Shown: positions 17,903 through 26,748 of the stretch, piece after piece | How the letters are laid out: every line of letters starts with the position of its first letter | How positions within the stretch are numbered: the stretch's first letter is position 1 | NCBI GenBank assembly: GCA_964645205.1 | Contig: CAZYBO010000004.1 | Location: 177,623-241,622, forward strand | Direction of reading: 5' to 3' | Length of the DNA stretch: 64,000 nucleotides | From: an uncultured Rickettsiales bacterium | GTDB taxonomy: Bacteria; Pseudomonadota; Alphaproteobacteria; Rickettsiales; SXRF01 | Translations under genes and position numbers: made by a program | The notes under the pieces: model-generated | Databases searched by the model: none | What the model was told of the DNA's origin: nothing | The model's input: the letters and a program-made list of their open reading frames with translations, nothing else

Positions 17903-19306
17903 CTACCCCGGCAATCCCGGCACAAGCTCGCCCGGAGTATTGATTTTATCCTGATAACGCGCGGCAGGGCTTGCACCTGCATATTTCTGAGCAGAAGGGG
18001 CGGCGGTTTGCTCTGTCGGCGCAGGCACGGCGTGCATATCAATCTTGTAATACTGCTTCAGCTCCGACGCGAGCTGGGAATAGATCACGGCAATATCCGG
18101 CGCTTTTTCCTTGAAATGCTCCTTGAGATCGACCGCGATTTCAGCCAGCAGCTGCGGCACTTTCTCGCGCGGCATTTTCGCTAGCGTGTCGGTGATGTGC
18201 GCGTGCAGTTCCTTGGAATCCACTTCCCGCGAACCGTAGGGCGCGAAGAAACGGATCACGTAGCCGGCGATGAATACAAGGTTGCCGACGCCGCCGAAAT
18301 AATCGCGGTATTCCTTTCCGCGGAACTTGAATTTCTGCTTGGTGAGCCTGTCATGCGCCATCCATGCGGCGCCAACACCTTCAACCACGGAGCTGAGCCG
18401 GAACGTTACGTTCTCCCGGAATTTATCAAGCAGGGTCGGCGGCGTGGGGTGATAGGGATCGGGCTCGATGGAACCCAGCGAGATGAATTTACCCAACAGC
18501 GTGATAAGCCCGACCTTGTAGGTCACTTCATTGACATCGTTCTTAGCGGCTTTATGCGCCTCTCTGAACGAACCGGATTTGAGTTTTCTAAACCCCTCCC
18601 CCCATTTGGTGACAGGGTAGGAAAGCGATGCGGCACCGAACAAGCGCAAGCCGATTTCGCCACCGCTGACGGAATATTGCTGAATGAGCGCATGCGCCTT
18701 TTTACCTAGCCCGGCCTCTTCCTTCCCGTCCGCGCGGCGCGCGCTGCAATCCTTGTCCGGGCTGATCGTATCCTGCCCATCAGGAAGATGCTTTCCGAAT
18801 TCATCGTTGATGTGTTTTTTGATCACGCGCAACTGGTGCGGATCAGCCTTTTCCTGAGCGCCGAACGTAATATTGGTAACGTTGGCGATGAGGTTCGAGA
18901 TGGCGAAGCTGGCGATGCCTGCCCGATCTGCGCCGGGTTTGCTGCTGGTGAAGCTGGACACGAGCTGGAGCGATTGCCCCACGATGCTGGTAATACCGCG
19001 CCATTTCCAGGGATTGAATTTTTTCTCAACCACTGGCGGCACGAATGCGTCGCCATGCCCGGCGAACGCAGCCAGCAACGCGTCCGGTTTGGATGTCCCG
19101 CGCGTAACCAGCAAAGTCTGGTTGTGCATGCGGGTTTCGGCCAGCACTTCCTGCCCGATGCCGGGCGCGGCAAGCAACGCCTGCAATGCGGCTCTGTCAC
19201 CACCCTTGCGCAGGTGGAACACGCTATAGGCGCCACCGTCCCCTGCAGGTTCGATCTCGATCGACCGGATCAGGGCATGCGGATTTTTATTATGATAAAG
19301 TGGCAT
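17903..19306 (-). CDS. Hypothetical 467-aa protein with no recognisable family
   Basis: Long ORF with a clean ATG and GC-rich third codon positions. It contains several amphipathic or hydrophobic stretches (AGIASFAISNLIANVTNITFG, VGLITLLGKFISLGSI, FGGVGNLVFIAGYVIRFFAP). I recognise no catalytic motif. Confidence 0.7.
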   Translation of the reverse strand: MPLYHNKNPHALIRSIEIEPAGDGGAYSVFHLRKGGDRAALQALLAAPGIGQEVLAETRMHNQTLLVTRGTSKPDALLAAFAGHGDAFVPPVVEKKFNPWKWRGITSIVGQSLQLVSSFTSSKPGADRAGIASFAISNLIANVTNITFGAQEKADPHQLRVIKKHINDEFGKHLPDGQDTISPDKDCSARRADGKEEAGLGKKAHALIQQYSVSGGEIGLRLFGAASLSYPVTKWGEGFRKLKSGSFREAHKAAKNDVNEVTYKVGLITLLGKFISLGSIEPDPYHPTPPTLLDKFRENVTFRLSSVVEGVGAAWMAHDRLTKQKFKFRGKEYRDYFGGVGNLVFIAGYVIRFFAPYGSREVDSKELHAHITDTLAKMPREKVPQLLAEIAVDLKEHFKEKAPDIAVIYSQLASELKQYYKIDMHAVPAPTEQTAAPSAQKYAGASPAARYQDKINTPGELVPGLPG

Positions 19307-19507
19307 GGCGCCTTGTGTTTTATTGTATTATCTGTTCTTTTGCCCATCCTACTATCGGCGAGGGCTTGTCACAATCTTATTCCTTTGAGGAATTGGCAGT
19401 TAATTGAATATTAATCATTATGCGCAATAGCTAGTGGTATTATTTAGTTTCCGCCCATTATCGTGTAGGTCGGCAGAACATATCCGGGTTGAAATACGCC
19501 CGTAAAA

Positions 19508-20023
19508 ATGGAGAGAAAAATGAAATTATTACGTAACGCGGCAGTAGCCGCCCTGTTGATTCCCACCGTACTGGCCGCCCCCGCGCAGGCATCCGACTAC
19601 CTCGTCGGCTCGCTCGGCTGGTTCGATCTGGTGGACGGCGAAAACGAATCGGCGGAGTTCGGCGCGGAATACCGCTTCAGCCCCGTGCAATACGGCATCC
19701 GCCCCACGCTCGGCATTAGTTTCAACGGCGATGGCGCGGTATACGGTTACGGCGGGTTTTACTGGGATGTGCCGATCATCGACAACGAGCTGTATATCTC
19801 CCCCAATTTCGTAGCCGGCGCATACAGCGAAGGCGATAGCAAGGATCTGGGCGGGGCGATCGAATTCCGTAGCGGTATCGAATTGGGCTATCAGTTGCCG
19901 AATGCGCACCGTGTAGGCGTGGCGTTCAACCATATCTCTAACGCCAGCATCTACGACAAAAACCCCGGCGCGGAAACGCTGCTCATCAACTATTCAGTGC
20001 CGATGGGGAATTTACTGCGCTAA
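19508..20023 (+). CDS. Acyloxyacyl hydrolase / lipid A 3-O-deacylase (PagL-like) outer-membrane protein
   Basis: Signal peptide KLLRNAAVAALLIPTVLAAPAQA. Beta-barrel-like alternating pattern. C-terminal NHISNASIYDKNPGAETLLINYSVP resembles the PagL His/Ser region. Confidence 0.65.
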   Translation: MERKMKLLRNAAVAALLIPTVLAAPAQASDYLVGSLGWFDLVDGENESAEFGAEYRFSPVQYGIRPTLGISFNGDGAVYGYGGFYWDVPIIDNELYISPNFVAGAYSEGDSKDLGGAIEFRSGIELGYQLPNAHRVGVAFNHISNASIYDKNPGAETLLINYSVPMGNLLR

Positions 20024-20030
20024 TACCTAA

Positions 20031-20063
20031 AATGTCATCTTTCACGCCGTTGGGGATGACATT
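20031..20063. terminator. Hairpin between convergent genes (possible bidirectional terminator or short REP)
   Basis: AATGTCATC (20031-20039) and GATGACATT (20055-20063) form a perfect 9-bp inverted repeat with a 15-nt loop. It sits in the 41-bp gap between the PagL-like stop and the malate synthase stop. Confidence 0.45.
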
Positions 20064-20064
20064 A

Positions 20065-21648
20065 TTACGCCAGTTTCCCATATCCCGGTAGCGTGAGGAA
20101 TTCCATGAAGCTCTCCTGCGTCACCAGTTCGGTGAGCATGGAAGCTGCCTTGTCGTAAGGCAGGCCGGTTGACGGCAGTTTTTTCAATTCCTCATCCAGT
20201 AGTTGCAGATATAGCGATTCGGTGACCGGACGCCCATCGTCGAGCTTGCCCTTGTCATGGTGAATCCATTGCCAGATTTGCGAGCGCGCGATTTCGGCGG
20301 TGGCGGCGTCTTCCATCAGGTTAAAAATCGGCACGCAGCCTACTCCTGTCAGCCAATTGGCGAGATATTGCACGGATACGCTGATATTGTTGCGCAAGCC
20401 CGCTTCGGTAATCGTGCCTGCAGGAACGGTGAGTAAATCGGCAGCGGTCACCTGCACATCCTCACGTTTGCGATCCACCTGATTTTTGCCTTTCATCAAG
20501 CGGTCGAACACTTCCATCGCCACCGGCACCAGACCGGGATGCGCTACCCATGTGCCGTCATGCCCGTCGCCCGCCTCGCGCTCCTTGTCGGCGCGCACCA
20601 TGGCGAAGGCTTTTTCATTCGCCGCCTCGTCGTTTTTCACCGGGATGAACGCGCTCATGCCGCCCATGGCGAACGCGCCGCGACGGTGGCAGGTTTTAAT
20701 CAGCAGCAGCGAATAGGTACGCAGGAAATGCGTGGTCATGGTCACCTGCCCGCGGTCGGGCAGCACGAACGCCCCGTGCTTGCTGAATTTCTTGATGAAG
20801 CTGAAAATATAATCCCAGCGCCCGCAATTGAGCGCGACGCAGTAATCCTTCAGCGCATGCATGATTTCGTCCATCTCGAATGTGGCGAGGATGGTTTCTA
20901 CCAGCACGGTGGCTTTGATCGTGCCTTTTTTTAAACCAAGCATAGACTCGGAATAGGCAAAAATATCCGCCCAGAGCTGCGCTTCTTCATGGCTTTCGAG
21001 CTTGGGCAGGTAGAAATAAGGTGCGGTGCCTTTGGCGATCAGCTTTTTGGCGTTGAGCAGGAAATAGACGCCGAAATCGAGCAGCGCGCCGGGAATCGGC
21101 TTGCCTGCGAATTGCACGTGTTTTTCATCCAAATGCCAGCCGCGCGGACGCACGATAATAACGGCAGGCTTGTCGCCCACGGCATATTTTTTACCTTCGG
21201 GGCTTGTATAGCTGATCGTACCATCGGCGTAATCACGCAAATTGACCTGCCCATCCATGACCGATTCCCATGTGGGCGAAAGCGAATCCTCGAAATCAGC
21301 CATGAATACTTTTGCGCCGGAGTTCAGCGCGTTGATGATCATCTTGCGCTCGACCGGCCCGGTAATTTCCACGCGTCGATCCTGAAGGTCGGCGGGTATC
21401 GGCGCCACCGTCCAATCGCCCTCGCGGATAGATTTGGTGGTTGCTAAAAAATTAGGCAGCTCACCCGCATCAAGGCGCGCTTGACGATCCGCCCGTTTTT
21501 TAAGCAACTCGTCGCGCCTGCCCGCAAATTGCGCGGCAAGCTCGGCTACGAACGCATTAACCTCCGTAGTCATAATGGCCTGGTATTCGGGCTTCATCGT
21601 GCCGGTGATGGCAAGGGTGGATTGGGTGGTGCGTGCGGCTTCCGGCAT
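20065..21648 (-). CDS. aceB: Malate synthase A
   Basis: 527 aa, the size and overall sequence of A-type malate synthase (...RPRGWHLDEKH...GGMSAFIP...). The RBS GGAGAG precedes the ATG. Confidence 0.9.
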   Translation of the reverse strand: MPEAARTTQSTLAITGTMKPEYQAIMTTEVNAFVAELAAQFAGRRDELLKKRADRQARLDAGELPNFLATTKSIREGDWTVAPIPADLQDRRVEITGPVERKMIINALNSGAKVFMADFEDSLSPTWESVMDGQVNLRDYADGTISYTSPEGKKYAVGDKPAVIIVRPRGWHLDEKHVQFAGKPIPGALLDFGVYFLLNAKKLIAKGTAPYFYLPKLESHEEAQLWADIFAYSESMLGLKKGTIKATVLVETILATFEMDEIMHALKDYCVALNCGRWDYIFSFIKKFSKHGAFVLPDRGQVTMTTHFLRTYSLLLIKTCHRRGAFAMGGMSAFIPVKNDEAANEKAFAMVRADKEREAGDGHDGTWVAHPGLVPVAMEVFDRLMKGKNQVDRKREDVQVTAADLLTVPAGTITEAGLRNNISVSVQYLANWLTGVGCVPIFNLMEDAATAEIARSQIWQWIHHDKGKLDDGRPVTESLYLQLLDEELKKLPSTGLPYDKAASMLTELVTQESFMEFLTLPGYGKLA

Positions 21649-21710
21649 GGGACTCTCCTGATGATTAGCGTTCAGGAGCGAACCTAGCGAAGCATCCCGC
21701 CAATGACAAC

Positions 21711-21744
21711 GGCAAAAAAAGGCCGCCCGGTGAAGGGCGGCCTG
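21711..21744 (-). terminator. Rho-independent terminator of pilin copy 1
   Basis: The minus strand reads AGGCCGCCCTTCACCGGGCGGCCTTTTTTTGCC, a GC stem plus a T7 tract, about 25 nt after the pilin stop. Confidence 0.8.
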
Positions 21745-21766
21745 AAGTCAAAGCAACGGTAGTAAC

Positions 21767-22600
21767 TTAGAAGCTCGCACGAACGAGCGCCTGGCAGAGG
21801 CGGTTGTTCTGCACGCCGTTCGAGGTGCCGGTGTTGTACACGGCGGCGGCGGACAAACAGTTCGCAGCGCCTGCGGTGGACACATCGGTGTTGAGGTTAA
21901 AGTTCGCCGTGTTGTTGGTTGCCTGCACGGTACCGGTGTTCGGCACGCCATCATCCTTCTTGGTATCGATCTGGAAGGCTTCCAGCGGGGTCAGGTTCGA
22001 GGTGATCGTAGGCGTGCTGACGTTGGCCGCGAAAGTAACGCCTGCGATACGGAACACGTTCACGCCGGCCATGCCGGGATAGGTAAGCGTAGCGCCACCC
22101 GTGTAAGCCATGAGCAGGTTACCGTTGCCGATCTTGGCGGCGGGCAACGTGGTAGCTACCGGCATCGCAGCAGGCGTGCTGCTCGAAATGGACGCCGTGC
22201 TCGTCATCGGTTCGCTGATCAGGTTGGAAAGCGCAAGCTGGTGCCAGAAGGCGGCTACTTCACCCGATACCTGCACGCGCGTGCCGGCGAAATCGGTGAG
22301 GACGCCATCGCCTGCGATCATCGCGGCGTTACCGCCGGTGGGAACGCTGGCGGCAGCGAAGAAGCTCGTGCCGTTCTGGAGGTCGCCCGGCATGCCGTTA
22401 TATTTGCTGCGGAACGTGTTTACCGCTGCGTCGTATTTTTCAATCTGCGAGACCATCGCGCGAATCTGCGCGGCCTTGATCAGATCCTGACCGACCAGTA
22501 CACCGCCTACGATCAGGCCGATGATAACGAGTACGATCGATAATTCGATAAGCGTGAAACCTTGCTGGCCTTGCTTGGTGGGGGATGGGGTCTTTTGCAT
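21767..22600 (-). CDS. Type IV pilin / pseudopilin with class III signal peptide, copy 1 (277 aa, ~263 aa mature)
   Basis: MQKTPSPTKQGQQG|FTLIELSIVLVIIGLIVGGVLVG carries the prepilin cleavage/methylation motif (Gly-1, Phe+1, Glu+5). The C-terminal Cys pair (NCLSAAAVYNTGTSNGVQNNRLC) looks like a D-region disulfide loop. AAGGAG lies 5 nt before the ATG. Confidence 0.9.
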   Translation of the reverse strand: MQKTPSPTKQGQQGFTLIELSIVLVIIGLIVGGVLVGQDLIKAAQIRAMVSQIEKYDAAVNTFRSKYNGMPGDLQNGTSFFAAASVPTGGNAAMIAGDGVLTDFAGTRVQVSGEVAAFWHQLALSNLISEPMTSTASISSSTPAAMPVATTLPAAKIGNGNLLMAYTGGATLTYPGMAGVNVFRIAGVTFAANVSTPTITSNLTPLEAFQIDTKKDDGVPNTGTVQATNNTANFNLNTDVSTAGAANCLSAAAVYNTGTSNGVQNNRLCQALVRASF

Positions 22601-22613
22601 GTGATCTCCTTGC

Positions 22614-22619
22614 ATTATA
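22614..22619 (-). promoter_or_regulatory. Candidate -10 box (TATAAT) for pilin copy 1
   Basis: The minus strand reads ...GTGTAATAGCTAAAGTATAATGCAAGGAGATCACATG. This is a perfect TATAAT 14 nt upstream of the ATG region. No convincing -35 lies at 17-bp spacing. Confidence 0.35.
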
Positions 22620-22630
22620 CTTTAGCTATT

Positions 22631-22671
22631 ACACAAAAACACACGGGGATGCGTGCTTCGCATCCCCGTGT
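22631..22671 (-). terminator. Rho-independent terminator of pilin copy 2
   Basis: The minus strand reads ACACGGGGATGCGAAGCACGCATCCCCGTGTGTTTTTGTGT, a 13-bp stem followed by a T-rich tract, 11 nt after the copy 2 stop. Confidence 0.8.
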
Positions 22672-22681
22672 GACATCATCG

Positions 22682-23515
22682 TTAGAAGCTCGCGCGAACA
22701 AGCGCCTGGCAGAGGCGGTTGTTCTGCACGCCGTTCGAGGTGCCGGTGTTGTACACGGCGGCGGCGGACAAACAGTTCGCAGCGCCTGCGGTGGACACAT
22801 CGGTGTTGAGGTTAAAGTTCGCCGTGTTGTTGGTTGCCTGCACGGTACCGGTGTTCGGCACGCCATCATCCTTCTTGGTATCGATCTGGAAGGCTTCCAG
22901 CGGGGTCAGGTTCGAGGTGATCGTAGGCGTGCTGACGTTGGCCGCGAAAGTAACGCCTGCGATACGGAACACGTTCACGCCGGCCATGCCGGGATAGGTA
23001 AGCGTAGCGCCACCCGTGTAAGCCATGAGCAGGTTACCGTTGCCGATCTTGGCGGCGGGCAACGTGGTAGCTACCGGCATCGCAGCAGGCGTGCTGCTCG
23101 AAATGGACGCCGTGCTCGTCATCGGTTCGCTGATCAGGTTGGAAAGCGCAAGCTGGTGCCAGAAGGCGGCTACTTCACCCGATACCTGCACGCGCGTGCC
23201 GGCGAAATCGGTGAGGACGCCATCGCCTGCGATCATCGCGGCGTTACCGCCGGTGGGAACGCTGGCGGCAGCGAAGAAGCTCGTGCCGTTCTGGAGGTCG
23301 CCCGGCATGCCGTTATATTTGCTGCGGAACGTGTTTACCGCTGCGTCGTATTTTTCAATCTGCGAGACCATCGCGCGAATCTGCGCGGCCTTGATCAGAT
23401 CCTGACCGACCAGTACACCGCCTACGATCAGGCCGATGATAACGAGTACGATCGATAATTCGATAAGCGTGAAACCTTGCTGGCCTTGCTTGGTGGGGGA
23501 TGGGGTGGTCTGCAT
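22682..23515 (-). CDS. Type IV pilin / pseudopilin, copy 2 (mature protein identical to copy 1)
   Basis: MQTTPSPTKQGQQG|FTLIEL... From residue 4 onward it is the same as copy 1. The track start at 23563 adds 16 non-pilin residues. ATG 23515 is preceded by AGGAG. Confidence 0.9.
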   Translation of the reverse strand: MQTTPSPTKQGQQGFTLIELSIVLVIIGLIVGGVLVGQDLIKAAQIRAMVSQIEKYDAAVNTFRSKYNGMPGDLQNGTSFFAAASVPTGGNAAMIAGDGVLTDFAGTRVQVSGEVAAFWHQLALSNLISEPMTSTASISSSTPAAMPVATTLPAAKIGNGNLLMAYTGGATLTYPGMAGVNVFRIAGVTFAANVSTPTITSNLTPLEAFQIDTKKDDGVPNTGTVQATNNTANFNLNTDVSTAGAANCLSAAAVYNTGTSNGVQNNRLCQALVRASF

Positions 23516-23715
23516 TGTGGAAACTCCTAGGATGGTTAAATGACGTATCCGCACTAGTACCAAGCGCGCAACTAGCTATAGTTTCTAACATTTAAAGGTT
23601 ACTAAATGATTACCGTGCCGGGATGAAACAACTCGCAAACAGGCGATAATATCGAGCGAATACAGCTCGATACAAAACCTACATCCTGAAAACTATTTTT
23701 GGAGAGAATTATTTC

Positions 23716-23744
23716 GTTGATTGTTGCACGCGAGCAACATCAAC
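23716..23744 (-). terminator. Hairpin immediately downstream of trcR (weak terminator candidate)
   Basis: GTTGATTGTTGC...GCAACATCAAC forms an ~11-bp stem with one bulge, 3 nt after the stop. The downstream tract is A/T-rich but is not a clean U-run. Confidence 0.4.
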
Positions 23745-23747
23745 CCC

Positions 23748-24290
23748 TTAGCTCGCCGCTTCTTTTCCAGCTTCCGTCTTGATCGTAGCAACGGCGGCAT
23801 CGAGGTGCGTTTGCGTGCACAGGCCGAGCAGCACAGGATCGCGCGGCTTGATGTTCCCGGAATTCCAGTGCGATTTGGTGCGCACGGCGTCGATCGTGTT
23901 TTTGGTGGTGCCCACGAGCTTGGCGATCTGCGCGTCGGTCATCTGCGGGAAATGCTTGATGAGCCATGCGATCGCATCCGGCTTGTCCTGACGGCGTGCG
24001 ACCGGCGTGTAGCGACTGCCCTTGGTTTTCTGCGCGATATATTGCTTGGCGGTGTTGAGGATGGAAAGGCGTGCGCTGCTGTCAGCTTCGCAACGCTTGA
24101 TTTCATCAACCGTAAGCTGGCCGCTGGCGAGCGGATCCATGCCGCGAATGCCGCCTGCAACTTCACCATCAGCAATGCCCTGCACTTCCAGCGGGTGCAT
24201 GCCGCAGAATTCAGCGACCTGCTCGAAGGTCAGCGCAGTGTTTTCAACCAGCCATACGGCGGTGGCTTTCGGCATCAGGGGCAGCGTCAT
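23748..24290 (-). CDS. trcR: DUF1013 protein (TrcR-type alphaproteobacterial cell-cycle regulator family)
   Basis: MTLPLMPKATAVWLVENTALTFEQVAEFCGMHPLEVQGIADGEVA...TKNTIDAVRTKSHWNSGNIKPRDPV is highly characteristic of DUF1013. Confidence 0.8.
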   Translation of the reverse strand: MTLPLMPKATAVWLVENTALTFEQVAEFCGMHPLEVQGIADGEVAGGIRGMDPLASGQLTVDEIKRCEADSSARLSILNTAKQYIAQKTKGSRYTPVARRQDKPDAIAWLIKHFPQMTDAQIAKLVGTTKNTIDAVRTKSHWNSGNIKPRDPVLLGLCTQTHLDAAVATIKTEAGKEAAS

Positions 24291-24375
24291 GGGACTATCC
24301 TACGTTTCGTATTTTACAATCAGGTGGTTTTATGTAGTGATTTCTGGCTAAACTTCAAGTATTTTCAGGTTTATC

Positions 24376-25167
24376 ATGTTTCCGGCCACTTCCACCCTCT
24401 CTGCCAGCACCGCCGCGCCGCATATCCTGCGGCTGGCCTTGAACCGCCCGGACGCCGCCAACGCGCTCAACCGCAAAATGGGCGAGGAACTGGCGGATAT
24501 ATTCCATATTATAACAACAAAATCAAATGATTATCGCGCAATCATCCTCACCGGGGAAGGCAAGCATTTTTGCGCGGGCGCAGACCTCAAGGAACGCAAA
24601 GGCATGAATGAAGAGCAGTGGCACGAACAGCACCATGCATTTGAAAAGGCTGTATCTTCACTGTACCACTGCCCCCTGCCCGTCATTGCCGCCGTCAATG
24701 GCAGCGCGTTCGGCGGCGGCCTGGAACTGGCGCTGGCCTGCGATTTCATTTATGCCGCCGAGCACGCCCGTTTCGGCCTGCCGGAAGCCACGCTCGGCAT
24801 CATGCCCGGCATGGGCGGCACGCAGCAGCTTCCACGCGCGGCAGGCTACCGGCAGGCGCGGGAATGGCTGTTTACCGGCAAGCCGTTTTCGGCGCAAGAC
24901 GCCTACCGCGCGGGCATGGTTAACCGCGTATGCGCGCCGTCCGAACTTGCAGGCGCGGTGCTCGAAACCGCACAGGCGATTGCGGACGCCGCACCGCTCG
25001 CCGTGCAGCGAATCAAGCGGGCGACGCGCGAAGGCATGGCGATGCCGATGGAAGAAGCGATGGCATGCGAACTTAAATATTACCACACGCTGCTTAACAC
25101 ACGGGACAGGCACGAGGGCATTAACGCTTTCAATGAAAAGCGCAAACCGTCCTTTACCGGCGCATAA
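24376..25167 (+). CDS. Enoyl-CoA hydratase/isomerase (crotonase) family
   Basis: LNRPDAANALN...ILTGEGKHFCAGADLKE...AAVNGSAFGGGLELALACD is the crotonase oxyanion-hole signature. Confidence 0.9.
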   Translation: MFPATSTLSASTAAPHILRLALNRPDAANALNRKMGEELADIFHIITTKSNDYRAIILTGEGKHFCAGADLKERKGMNEEQWHEQHHAFEKAVSSLYHCPLPVIAAVNGSAFGGGLELALACDFIYAAEHARFGLPEATLGIMPGMGGTQQLPRAAGYRQAREWLFTGKPFSAQDAYRAGMVNRVCAPSELAGAVLETAQAIADAAPLAVQRIKRATREGMAMPMEEAMACELKYYHTLLNTRDRHEGINAFNEKRKPSFTGA

Positions 25168-25188
25168 AAAACGCTCATACTCCATTCC

Positions 25189-26127
25189 ATGAACGAAACA
25201 AAACGCATTGCGCTGGCATTGCAGGGCGGCGGGACGCACAGCGCGTTCGCGTGGGGCGTGCTCGACCAGCTTCTGCTCGACAAGCGCGTGAAGATCGACG
25301 CAGTGAGCGCCACCAGCGGCGGCGCGATGATGGCCGTCGTACTGGCGCAGGGATTGGCCGACGGCGGCAGCGAAGGCGCGCGCGACGCGTTGACCAGCTT
25401 CTGGAAAAAAGTCAGCCTCGCTTCGAGTATGATGCCGCTGCGCATGAGCGTGGTGGATAAATTCCTGAGCAATGTCGGTATCGATTTCTCGCCTTCCACC
25501 ATGGCGCTTGATTATGTCACGCGCATCTTTTCCCCGCACCAGTTCAACCTGTTCGACATCAACCCGCTGCGCGGCATCGTCGAAGAGATGGTGGATTTTC
25601 CTGCGCTCAACGCAAGCAGCCCGGTCAAGCTCTATATCAACGCCACCAACGCGCGCACCGGCAAGGGCAAGCTGTTCGACCACACGCAGGTATCGCTGGA
25701 GGCGATCATGGCGTCGTCGTGCCTGCCGTTTATTTTCAAGACGGTGGAGATTGATGGCGAGCCTTATTGGGACGGCAGCTTCACCGGTTGCCCGCCGCTG
25801 GCGCCGCTGGTGAACGACGCGGGCGCAGAAGACATCGTACTCGTGCAGGTACACCCCGCGCAGGTGGAAGAAGCGCCGACGACCGCCACCGATATTCTAG
25901 ACCGCGTGACGGAAATCAGTTTCAACTCCATCCTCGCGCAGGAGATCAAAACGATCGAGCTGTATAACCGCATGGCTGAAAAGCCGGTCACTCTCCACCG
26001 TATCGATGCGCAGGACGTACTCGCCAGCTCCGGCCGCGCCAGCAAGCTCAACGCCGATTGGGAATTCCTGCTCTACCTGCATGATCTCGGCGTGCAGGCG
26101 GCAACCGACTGGCTGGAGAAATTGTAG
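25189..26127 (+). CDS. Patatin-like phospholipase
   Basis: Glycine-rich GGGTHSAFAWGVL, nucleophile elbow SATSGGA, and DGS (catalytic Asp context YWDGSF). Confidence 0.85.
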   Translation: MNETKRIALALQGGGTHSAFAWGVLDQLLLDKRVKIDAVSATSGGAMMAVVLAQGLADGGSEGARDALTSFWKKVSLASSMMPLRMSVVDKFLSNVGIDFSPSTMALDYVTRIFSPHQFNLFDINPLRGIVEEMVDFPALNASSPVKLYINATNARTGKGKLFDHTQVSLEAIMASSCLPFIFKTVEIDGEPYWDGSFTGCPPLAPLVNDAGAEDIVLVQVHPAQVEEAPTTATDILDRVTEISFNSILAQEIKTIELYNRMAEKPVTLHRIDAQDVLASSGRASKLNADWEFLLYLHDLGVQAATDWLEKL

Positions 26128-26136
26128 ACTGTTTCC

Positions 26137-26748
26137 CTAACGCTGCTCTTTCAGCAATTGCTGCAAGGCTTCGGGACTGCGCATCGCGCCTTCCTGCCCG
26201 GGTTTCGGCACGGAGCGGATTTCCACATAGCAGGAAATATCCGTGATCGAAGGCGCTTCATTTACAAAGCGCAGTTGCACCTTGCAGGATGCAGCCGAAC
26301 TGTAGTGCATACCGACGGCGGCATCCGCGTAGAAAGAACTGCCATCCGCCCATTGCCGCGAAGAGAATACGACGGAAGCAGTCTGATGATCGCGCGACAA
26401 CGCAAAACTTTCGAGCTGCGGTGTCAGGTGATAATCGGAAAGCCGGGATAAGGTGTTATCCATGAAAGCGAGGAAATCCGGCTTGGCAAACGGCATCGGC
26501 ACCGGCTTGTCGTCCTGCTTGAAAATGGAAAACAGGCTTATTTCCAGCACGATTTTCGCGTCGTCGGCAAGCAGCGTGTTCAGCGCACCGACGATGGCTG
26601 CGCGATCCTGCGTTTCCACCGTATGCCCGAACGCGTCGAGCTTCGCGATGGTGACGCGCCGCAGGTAGTTGGGCGGATAAAACCCGTGATAATAGACCAG
26701 CGCCGCCGCCGCAAGCAATCCCGCCACTACTATCGCCACTATCTTCAT
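26137..26748 (-). CDS. Hypothetical protein with an N-terminal membrane anchor
   Basis: [20 protein letters not shown] is a TM anchor, followed by a ~180-aa soluble domain with no motif I recognise. The ATG overlaps the gcdH TGA (ATGA). Confidence 0.6.
   Translation of the reverse strand: MKIVAIVVAGLLAAAALVYYHGFYPPNYLRRVTIAKLDAFGHTVETQDRAAIVGALNTLLADDAKIVLEISLFSIFKQDDKPVPMPFAKPDFLAFMDNTLSRLSDYHLTPQLESFALSRDHQTASVVFSSRQWADGSSFYADAAVGMHYSSAASCKVQLRFVNEAPSITDISCYVEIRSVPKPGQEGAMRSPEALQQLLKEQR

Larger units (their letters stand above)
21767..23507. repeat. Direct tandem duplication, two ~826-bp units with a 915-bp period
   Basis: Unit 21767-22592 matches unit 22682-23507. ORF-track translations in all overlapping frames are identical between the units (for example 21804..22082 = 22719..22997, and 22110..22490 = 23025..23405). 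By direct reading I find only two substitutions, at 21779/22694 and 21785/22700. Confidence 0.95.

Noticed and set aside
21767-23507. Diversity-generating retroelement or phase-variation cassette explanation for the duplicated pilin
   Set aside because: The two copies are essentially identical, with no adenine-specific mismatches. No reverse transcriptase, invertase or inverted repeats are nearby.
23516-23650. Sigma-54 promoter (GG-N10-GC) and a CtrA box upstream of pilin copy 2
   Set aside because: The best candidates fail. In TGGTACTAGTGC the GG and GC are separated by 7 nt instead of 10. GGCACG-N4-TCAT lacks the TTGC element. TTAA-N7-TAAA at 23592-23606 has only one consensus half-site.
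24658-25854. 398-aa minus-strand ORF spanning the crotonase and patatin genes
   Set aside because: It is antisense to two ORFs that carry clear family motifs. Its Arg/Ala/His/Gly-rich composition is what antisense frames produce in high-GC DNA.
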